A DNA stretch of 13,723 nt from a bacterium (lineage in GTDB: Bacteria; SZUA-182; DTGQ01; JAFGSM01): assembly GCA_049472355.1 (NCBI GenBank), contig JBLIRP010000052.1:1-13723 (forward strand), in the 5' to 3' direction. A program made the translations under genes and the position numbers. The notes beneath the pieces are model-generated. The model made no database searches. It was given only the letters and a program-made list of their open reading frames with translations, and had not been told where the DNA came from. Positions 1 to 6,353 of the stretch are shown here, piece by piece (the first letter of the stretch is position 1; every line of letters begins with the position of its first letter).

Positions 1-444
1 CTGATAGGGTTTCCCATTACCAACGTCCAGGTCACCCTGACGGACGGTGCGGCCCATGCGGTGGATTCCTCCGATATCGCCTTCCGGCAGGCGGCAATCG
101 GTGGTTTTCGCCAGGCGTACCAAAAGGCGAAGCCGATCATCCTGGAGCCCATCATGAAGGTCGTGGTGGAGGTGCCCACCGAGTTTCAGGGTGCGGTGAT
201 GGCCACCCTCAATCAACGGCGCGGGATAATTATCGGCACCACGGAGGAATCGAGCTTCTCCATCATTGAGGCCGAGGTCCCCCTGGCCGATATGTTCGGC
301 TACTCCACCGTGCTGAGGTCCGCAACCCAGGGCAAGGCCGAATTCACCATGGAGTTCTGCCGTTATAAACAGGTGCCTCAGAATATCGCGGAGCAGCTCA
401 AAAAGGAATATAGTGAGAAGATCGCCTCCCAGAAGGCAGCGTGA
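1..444 (+). CDS. fusA: Elongation factor G, C-terminal part (domains IV-V); 5' end lies outside the window
   Basis: Frame is open from base 1 (LIGFPITNVQVTLTDGAAHAVDSSDIAFRQAA). It contains the EF-G signatures H-x-VDSS, ILEPIMKVVVEVP and VPLADMFGYSTVLRSATQGKAEFTMEF. Stop TGA at 442-444. Confidence 0.97.
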   Translation: MIGFPITNVQVTLTDGAAHAVDSSDIAFRQAAIGGFRQAYQKAKPIILEPIMKVVVEVPTEFQGAVMATLNQRRGIIIGTTEESSFSIIEAEVPLADMFGYSTVLRSATQGKAEFTMEFCRYKQVPQNIAEQLKKEYSEKIASQKAA

Positions 445-517
445 CATGGAAATCCATAGGGGACCTCTGAAGACTCTGCGCAGAGGAACCATGCATAACA
501 AGAGAGGTGAACTGGCT

Positions 518-1243
518 ATGTGGCGCGATGCTATTTCCAAAAAAAATCCGATGAGGATCTTTGAAAAGGGCATTCATGGAGGATTGGGCAAGGGAAACCT
601 GGGGGCCATCATGGCGCGGGCCGGGGTGGGAAAGACGGCCTGCCTGATCCAGATATCCCTGGACAACCTTCTCAGAGGGCAGAATGTCCTTCATTTTTCT
701 GTGGGAAAGAGGGTGGACGAGGTACGGGACTGGTACAATGAGATGCTGGGGGACCTCACCCGGGCATGCAACCTGCTCCCCGCCGAGTCCATTCTGGGTG
801 AAATCGAACCCAGGCGGATTATCCAGAGCTATGCTGATCATATGTTCAGTGCGGACCGGATGGAGGCGGGGATCGCCCGACTGAAGGAGCACAGCGGATT
901 CGCGCCCGATGTGGTGCTCGTGGATGGCCATTTCTTCGAATCGCTCTCCAGATCGGATATCGAGCGGATCAAGGATCTCGCCCGGGCGCATGCCATGGAG
1001 GTCTGGTTTGCCGTACAGACCCACCGGGAGGGGGCGGTCGTCAATGATCGGGGGATCCCGGCCCCCTGCCATCTGGTTGACGATCTCCTGAGCGTCGTCG
1101 TGTTCCTCGAACCCTTTGGAGATTCCGTTCGGCTTCGCCTTATGAAGGATCACGATAATCCCAATGCGGAAGACCTTCACCTTCTCCTGGATCCCAACAC
1201 CCTGCTCATACGGGATGAAATCAGCCAGGAACGTATTGCATAG
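518..1243 (+). CDS. RecA/DnaB/KaiC-superfamily P-loop ATPase, single domain, 241 aa, function unknown
   Basis: ATG at 518 follows a GAGGTGA Shine-Dalgarno (504-510). GGLGKGNLGAIMARAGVGKT gives a RecA-like GG..G motif plus Walker A. Also GQNVLHFSV strand, Walker B VVLVDG, and VWFAVQTHR resembling the DnaB-family xSQxNR motif. Confidence 0.8.
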   Translation: MWRDAISKKNPMRIFEKGIHGGLGKGNLGAIMARAGVGKTACLIQISLDNLLRGQNVLHFSVGKRVDEVRDWYNEMLGDLTRACNLLPAESILGEIEPRRIIQSYADHMFSADRMEAGIARLKEHSGFAPDVVLVDGHFFESLSRSDIERIKDLARAHAMEVWFAVQTHREGAVVNDRGIPAPCHLVDDLLSVVVFLEPFGDSVRLRLMKDHDNPNAEDLHLLLDPNTLLIRDEISQERIA

Positions 1244-1444
1244 GCATTGAGGAATCCGGTAGTGCCTTCGCCCGACATGGCAGATACCTGTCCGAGAGTA
1301 TGCAAAATATTGCATCGTGGCACCCCCCATCACATGATCGGCCAATCGAGCCGAACCGGCGAGAAATACGTTAATAGCCCATTATGTAATGGATTTGAGA
1401 GATTTTGATACTTTGTGTAGGCATGGGGTGTATGCTGAATACCA

Positions 1445-1461
1445 TGGGCATTTTTTTTGCA
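1445..1461 (+). promoter_or_regulatory. Putative sigma54 (RpoN) -24/-12 promoter upstream of the repeat-protein gene
   Basis: TGGGCATTTTTTTTGCA: GG (1447-1448), exactly 10 nt, GC (1459-1460), close to the TGGCAC-N5-TTGCW consensus, in AT-rich intergenic DNA. Confidence 0.55.
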
Positions 1462-1833
1462 AAGCATAATGAAGAGAATTTATTTCCGTCTTAATAATAG
1501 TATGTCTATACGATTTAAGTGAAACGAGGTGTATCCGGAATGTTCTTCACCTCCCACACCGTTGATGCATGAGGGAATTGATCAAGAATTTTCTTATTTT
1601 CATAGAGTTGCAAAAGGGTGGTGAACCCGGAATTATTTTTAGTTTTCTTAAGAGGATGGGGGGCCGATAAAGACACGTCGTAGTTGCGGAACATAAGGAC
1701 GCATTGTCAATCATTAAGCAAGATTTTGCTGCGATGATTTTCAACTAAAGAGAGCGAGGTGAAAAGGCAAACAGCTTTCTTTTGAATTAGGTTCTTTGGG
1801 TCAAATTACAAAGAAGGAAAGAGTGAGCAGGTT

Positions 1834-2553
1834 ATGAAGAAAAAGGTTTCGAGTGCGTTAACATTTGTAGGTATCCTTTGTCTCGTAGTCATCCTTTCAA
1901 CCGCTTCGTCAAGCTTTGCCCAGTTCATGCCCCAGTACGGCGGCGGCTATGGCATGCCGCAGTACGGCGGCGGTTACGGTATGCCCCAGTACGGCGGCGG
2001 CTATGGCATGCCGCAGTACGGCGGCGGCTATGGCATGCCGCAGTACGGCGGCGGTTACGGTATGCCCCAGTACGGCGGCGGCTATGGTATGCCCCAGTAC
2101 GGCGGCGGGTACGGCATGCAGCCCTATGGCATGCAGGCCAGCTACGGCATGCAGGGTTACGGCATGCAGCCCTATGGCATGCAGGCCAGCTACGGCATGC
2201 CCCAGTACGGCGGCGGGTACGGCATGCAGCCCTATGGCATGCAGGCCAGCTACGGCATGCAGGGTTACGGCATGCAGCCCTATGGCATGCAGGGCTATGG
2301 CATGCAGCCCTACGGTATGCAGGCTGGCTACGGCATGCAGGGCTATGGTATGCAGCCGTACGGCATGCAGGCTGGCTACGGCATGCAGCAGGGATTCGGC
2401 GGAACCGGATACTATCCAACAAGCGGCGGTACGTCCGGACAGAGATTGCCGCGTCCGGGTCAAACCTATACCCTCTACGGACAGCAGGAGGGTGTGTATT
2501 ACGGCCAGGCCAATCCTCAAGAGTTGTTCGCACTCTTCGGAGGCGGCTACTAA
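1834..2553 (+). CDS. Secreted Gly/Tyr/Gln/Met-rich low-complexity tandem-repeat protein, 239 aa
   Basis: Sec-type signal peptide [31 protein letters not shown], then 152 aa of repeats and a short unique tail ending [10 protein letters not shown]. Differences among copies of the same repeat type are synonymous in this frame. A terminator follows. Confidence 0.88.
   Translation: MKKKVSSALTFVGILCLVVILSTASSSFAQFMPQYGGGYGMPQYGGGYGMPQYGGGYGMPQYGGGYGMPQYGGGYGMPQYGGGYGMPQYGGGYGMQPYGMQASYGMQGYGMQPYGMQASYGMPQYGGGYGMQPYGMQASYGMQGYGMQPYGMQGYGMQPYGMQAGYGMQGYGMQPYGMQAGYGMQQGFGGTGYYPTSGGTSGQRLPRPGQTYTLYGQQEGVYYGQANPQELFALFGGGY
1927..2382 (+). repeat. Coding tandem repeat array: 8x MPQYGGGYG (27 bp), 6x MQPYG, 4x MQGYG, 3x MQASYG, 2x MQAGYG
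   Basis: Seven consecutive 27-bp units ATGCCSCAGTACGGCGGCGGBTAYGGY at 1927-2115, an eighth at 2197-2223, and interspersed 15/18-bp units. Block 2089-2178 is repeated exactly at 2197-2286. Confidence 0.97.
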
Positions 2554-2578
2554 AACGATATCAACCTGAACCTACAAG

Positions 2579-2619
2579 GCTGCCGGATCTTATCATCACA
2601 GGGTCCGGCAGCTTTTTTT
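2579..2619 (+). terminator. Rho-independent terminator of the repeat-protein gene
   Basis: Stem GCTGCCGGATCT (2579-2590) pairs with GGGTCCGGCAGC (2601-2612), including two G-U pairs, 10-nt loop, then T7 (2613-2619), 25 nt after the stop codon. Confidence 0.88.
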
Positions 2620-2777
2620 GTGCGCGCCCGGCAGGGCGCAACCGCCTGAAGGTGAAAGTCCTTTACACGCCCGACTCGATGTGGATGGGCAATAAAGGGC
2701 ATTTACGGCAATCAGCACATCGATGTGTTGCAAAGGGAAGCGCGGTTTGTGCAGGCGGGTGTTTCTGCCAGAGGCGG

Positions 2778-3731
2778 TCAAAGACCGTGTCGGCCCTCTC
2801 CAGGAAGCGCATGGGGCGATGCATCCATGACCGCGAGGATTCCTTCCTCGATCAGTCGCGCGGCGGTTGAGAAAAAGGGGGCACACTCCTCAACGGATGA
2901 TGAGAGATTCTTCATGAGCACGACAAAGATTCCTGCAAGGAAGTGGTGCACCTTTACCGGGAAAAGAAGGCAACGCTCCATCATTTCTTCCGTGCGGGGC
3001 CCCGGTCTTTTCCTGTTCCTGCGGGTCTCCCAATAAATTTGATAGAGGCTTACAAAGGCGTCCTTCTCAGCGAACCGGGAGCAAAAATCCTCCTGGTCGA
3101 AAAAGCCGCTGACCAGGTCGGAAATCCGTAACGGAAGCATATCCGTGTATTGCCTCCTGACCCGACAGCAATCTTCCTCCAACAGCAGCAGGCCCACCGC
3201 CTCAAGATCGAGAAGCCTGCTGGTGAGAAGTGAGGATGTCCTCCTCCAGAGCATATCGGGGTCGGGGACCTGGCCGACAATAGCGCTCAACGCCTGGAGG
3301 GTATGGAGATAGATCGCCCTTTTCGCGAGCAGGTACTCGTACGTGGTGATCCTGTTCCGGAGCACCCTTTCCTGCAGTCCGATTTTCATCCAGTGGTCCT
3401 TGTGTTCCCTCTGGATGGTTTCAAGGCAAAACCGCTGCTTGTTGAGGAGCATCTGATCGAGTTCCATTTTCTGTACAAGGATTGAGATCTGATTCCCCAG
3501 CGAGGAGAAAAAACGTTGCAGCCGCGAGTTGGCCGAGATAATGGACAGCAGCACAGGGCATTTGAGGCAGCGGACCATCTCCTTGTAGGTGGAGGTGTTC
3601 CTTTTTGACTCGGGGGGAGCGTCGGTATCCGTCGTGTCCGCATGATAGATGCATAACTGGTTGCAGAAGGAACAAAGGGACGTATCGGTTATGGCGCGCG
3701 TGCGATTCTTCTGAAGATTGGTCACTCCCAT
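2778..3731 (-). CDS. Hypothetical protein, 317 aa: N-terminal Cys motifs, helical/coiled-coil linker, C-terminal GAF-like domain
   Basis: ATG at 3731 is preceded by a GGGGAGAACCT ribosome-binding site and a sigma54 box. Contains CSFCNQLC and CLKC. GAF-like patterns: LQALSAIVGQVPDPDMLWRRTSSLL..LEAVGLLLLEE, CLLFPVKVHHFLAGIFVV, FFSTAARLIEEGI. Confidence 0.7.
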   Translation of the reverse strand: MGVTNLQKNRTRAITDTSLCSFCNQLCIYHADTTDTDAPPESKRNTSTYKEMVRCLKCPVLLSIISANSRLQRFFSSLGNQISILVQKMELDQMLLNKQRFCLETIQREHKDHWMKIGLQERVLRNRITTYEYLLAKRAIYLHTLQALSAIVGQVPDPDMLWRRTSSLLTSRLLDLEAVGLLLLEEDCCRVRRQYTDMLPLRISDLVSGFFDQEDFCSRFAEKDAFVSLYQIYWETRRNRKRPGPRTEEMMERCLLFPVKVHHFLAGIFVVLMKNLSSSVEECAPFFSTAARLIEEGILAVMDASPHALPGEGRHGL

Positions 3732-3782
3732 AGGTTCTCCCCCCGGTTTTTTATGCAAAATAGGCTGTACACTTAACAAGAA

Positions 3783-3799
3783 AGCAACTGCTATGCCAA
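3783..3799 (-). promoter_or_regulatory. Sigma54 (RpoN) -24/-12 promoter of the GAF-like gene
   Basis: Minus strand reads TTGGCATAGCAGTTGCT, a near-consensus GG-N10-GC element about 50 bp upstream of the ATG at 3731. Confidence 0.75.
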
Positions 3800-4128
3800 T
3801 AGATGCCCTTTCCCATAGAAGGGATATGCAAGAGCATGGACACATTCTGGGTTTATCGTGTAACATTATGAAATTAAGAACATTTTTCCCTCGACGCCAA
3901 AGAGTGCAGAACAGAAAAAGGGCACTCCAAGGGGTGAAGATTCAAAAACAGCGGGGGAAGGGATGAGCATCCGGCGGTGGGGAAACGTTATGGGTAGCCG
4001 TCAAATATATTATATGATTCAATAGGTTCGCTGCTTCCTGCCGGCATTTTTCAGGCCAGGATCGTTGCAACCATGATGCATTATATTCATTCATTAATGC
4101 AATAGTTGCCTTTTTTTGTTATTTTACT

Positions 4129-4300
4129 TGAAAATCCCCCAGGATTTTCATGCTTCTTTGTGAGCCGAAGGCTCATAGGCATTTCACTTCTACATTCTAC
4201 ATTCGATATTCGCAGTTTCATCAGTCTCATGAGCGTTTCATCTGAAAATCCCCCAGGATTTTCATGCTTCCTTGTGAGCCGAAGGCTCATGAGCGTTTTA
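4129..4300. repeat. REP/BIME-like intergenic element: two 48-bp direct repeats, each with two hairpins, around a heptamer run
   Basis: TGAAAATCCCCCAGGATTTTCATGCTTCYTTGTGAGCCGAAGGCTCAT at 4129-4176 and 4243-4290 (1 mismatch). Hairpins TGAAAATCC-CCCA-GGATTTTCA and TGAGCC-GAA-GGCTCA. Spacer contains TACATTC-TACATTC-GATATTC. Confidence 0.85.
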
Positions 4301-4426
4301 CTATAGTGAGACAGGATGCCCCTTCTTCTTTGTACAGGAAGTCCCGTTCTCTGCCGCCACATGACGTGCATTCGCGGTTTTTGTCGAAAGGAATCCGCAG
4401 CCGTTCCTGAGTGATGCGACATGGTC

Positions 4427-6028
4427 CTAAGGGGTGCTGTCAAGGAGTGCCTCCGGCACGATGTTTCCCCTCCCTAGAATGGCGGGGGGATCGAGTGCCT
4501 TTTTGACCCGGGCCATCTCCCGCAGTCCCTTGTCCCCGTATTGTATCCTCACCAGCTCGTGTTTCAATTTTCCGATCCCGTGCTCGGCCGCCACGACCCC
4601 GCCCAGGGAGACCGCGGTGCGCGCCAGGGACATGACCAGGTCGCCGGCCCTGCTCACCTGCGATGCGTCACGGGGAATAATATTGACATGCAGGTGGTTG
4701 TCACCGATATGGCCGAAGACGACATATTCAAGGCCTGATGCGTGCAGTCGCCTGTGATAGGCCTCCAGCATGTCCCGAAGGTGGCGGTCAGGCACGGCCA
4801 TATCCGTGCTCACCTTGTGGATTTCCCGGTGCTTCCCCTTTCTTTGCCCTATGATGCGGTTTATCAGCTCGGGGACCGCGTGGCGGAATGCCTTCAATCG
4901 TTCCCAGTCCGCCCTTTCCAGCCCCGACCAGGTTTTGTCCATGGATGCCCCATGGGCGAGCAGAAGGGTCTCCCATGCCTCGTACACCTCCTCGATGTTG
5001 TCCTCATCGTAAGCCGCTTCCCAGAAGATTGCCGCACCCGCCCCGGAGGGCACACTGAAGGGGACCTCCTCCCGGCGCAGCACGTCCAGGGAACGGGAGT
5101 CGAAATACTCGAGACACAGGGGGAGGAGCCTCTGTCGAGCCTCGATGGCAAAGGAGACCGCATGGTCCTCCTCGGGGAAAAAGGAGAGGGCGCCCAGGAT
5201 TTCCCCGGGCTTTTGAACCAGCTTCAGACGCACCGCGGTGATCACCCCCAGGGTCCCCTCCGATCCGATGAACAGATCGATCAGGTCCATCCCCGGCCTG
5301 CTGAAGTACCCGCAGGTGGAGTTTGCGTCTGGGGTGGCGTAGCCGGGCGGGGGGAAGGAGGTCTCCCTTCCGGTTGTATCAATAATACGGAACCGGCCGT
5401 CCGAAGAAAGGGGAGATTTGCCCCGCTCCAGTTCCAGGACCTCGCCGTTGGTGAGGGCCACCCGCAGGGCCTGCACGAAATTGCGCGTGGAACCGTAGCG
5501 CAGGGAGCGTGCCCCGGAGGCATTGGTTGCCACGGTCGATCCGATGAGCGCGGTTTCCTCCGTCGGGTCGGGGGGGTAGATATAGGTACGGGGATCTTCC
5601 CTGAAGGGGGTCAGCTTCACTTCCGGCGCAGGAAGGTGTTTTGTCTCCACCTGTTCATGAAAATCGCTGAGCCGGACACCCGGCTCAACCCATACCGACC
5701 ATCCGCCGTCCCGTTCACGGAGGATGTCCAGGACGCGATCCATCCGCTCCATGCTCATGATCACGCCGCCGTAGGGCACCGCTGCGGAGGTGATCCCGGT
5801 CCGCGCCCCGGATATGGTGACGGGCAGGCGCCGTTGCGCCATCTCCTGTAAAACCGCACAGACCTGGGCCTCCGTTTCAGGGAATACGATCTCCTCTGCA
5901 CAGCCGAACCCGAAACGGGACTCGTCCATGAGGTATGCGCCGTACGATGAGGTTATCTCTTCGGGATCGGTAATCCTCCTGGCGGGGTCCCCGGTGCCCG
6001 TTTTCTTGGGAAGCATGCTCTTGATCAT
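4427..6028 (-). CDS. FAD-binding oxidoreductase, GlcD / D-lactate dehydrogenase (VAO/PCMH) family
   Basis: Motifs PVTISGARTGITSAAVP, YPPDPTE, IGSTVATNASG, DLFIGSEGTLGVIT, FGHIGDNHLHVNI, AAEHGIGKLK, KKALDPPAILGRG. Alternative start ATG at 6016. Confidence 0.92.
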   Translation of the reverse strand: MIKSMLPKKTGTGDPARRITDPEEITSSYGAYLMDESRFGFGCAEEIVFPETEAQVCAVLQEMAQRRLPVTISGARTGITSAAVPYGGVIMSMERMDRVLDILRERDGGWSVWVEPGVRLSDFHEQVETKHLPAPEVKLTPFREDPRTYIYPPDPTEETALIGSTVATNASGARSLRYGSTRNFVQALRVALTNGEVLELERGKSPLSSDGRFRIIDTTGRETSFPPPGYATPDANSTCGYFSRPGMDLIDLFIGSEGTLGVITAVRLKLVQKPGEILGALSFFPEEDHAVSFAIEARQRLLPLCLEYFDSRSLDVLRREEVPFSVPSGAGAAIFWEAAYDEDNIEEVYEAWETLLLAHGASMDKTWSGLERADWERLKAFRHAVPELINRIIGQRKGKHREIHKVSTDMAVPDRHLRDMLEAYHRRLHASGLEYVVFGHIGDNHLHVNIIPRDASQVSRAGDLVMSLARTAVSLGGVVAAEHGIGKLKHELVRIQYGDKGLREMARVKKALDPPAILGRGNIVPEALLDSTP

Positions 6029-6095
6029 GACGCGACTACCGTGGTATCGTAATAAACTGCATCATTGTAACGCCCAAAGTAATAGAACATATTAT

Positions 6096-6124
6096 AAACA
6101 GTATACCAAACAAACAGTATACCA
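6096..6124 (-). promoter_or_regulatory. 13-bp direct repeat (AAACAGTATACCA x2) upstream of the oxidoreductase; possible tandem operators or extended -10 elements
   Basis: Copies at 6096-6108 and 6112-6124 (16-bp period). Minus strand reads TGGTATACTG, matching both TGnTATACT (extended -10) and the GTATAC core of GntR/FadR-type sites. Confidence 0.5.
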
Positions 6125-6353
6125 TGATCGATCGACAATCAAAAAAAGGAATGCCTCGGGCATTAGTGAGGTTTATACTAATGAGCAACTTTCTTCAGGA
6201 TGTGGTGATAAACAAGCTGAATGGGTACTACCTCATTCTGCGCGCTAACGATCGAAGGGTGGCAGCGCTCTGCATGTACTGCGTCAATCAGACCGCTGTA
6301 TATTTTATGGTGTTCCTGAGGCTCATCCCGCCACGTATCAGGCACAGGTAGTC

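Noticed and set aside
413..517. Longer start for the ATPase given in the ORF track
   Set aside because: Overlaps fusA; ATG 518 has a good GAGGTGA Shine-Dalgarno.
398..1345. 315-aa minus-strand ORF
   Set aside because: Antisense shadow of the ATPase, which has clear motifs and a ribosome-binding site; no recognisable features.
1758..1800. GAAAAGGCAAAC resembling the start of a c-di-GMP-I riboswitch
   Set aside because: No following GNRA-capped stem, GACGCAAAG junction or second hairpin.
1927..2115. 27-bp repeats as a CRISPR array
   Set aside because: Head-to-tail with no spacers, in-frame coding, no cas genes.
1878..2870. Several long alternative-frame ORFs over the repeat array (e.g. [18 protein letters not shown] repeats)
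   Set aside because: By-product of stop-free repeats with lengths divisible by 3; variation is synonymous only in the 1834 frame, which also has the signal peptide.
3732..3866. N-terminal extension of the GAF-like ORF to 3866
   Set aside because: Would span the sigma54 promoter; ATG 3731 has the better ribosome-binding site.
4129..4290. Mini CRISPR array
   Set aside because: Only two 48-bp copies, a 66-bp spacer that itself contains repeat fragments, and no cas genes in the window.
4087..4443. 118-aa ORF with repeated MSLRLT.KHENPGGFS
   Set aside because: Translation of the palindromic DNA repeat; the conserved feature is base pairing, not a credible protein.
6124..6351. 75-aa plus-strand ORF between the oxidoreductase and DUF502
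   Set aside because: No motif, AT-rich promoter-like DNA; cannot be supported, though a small protein is not excluded.
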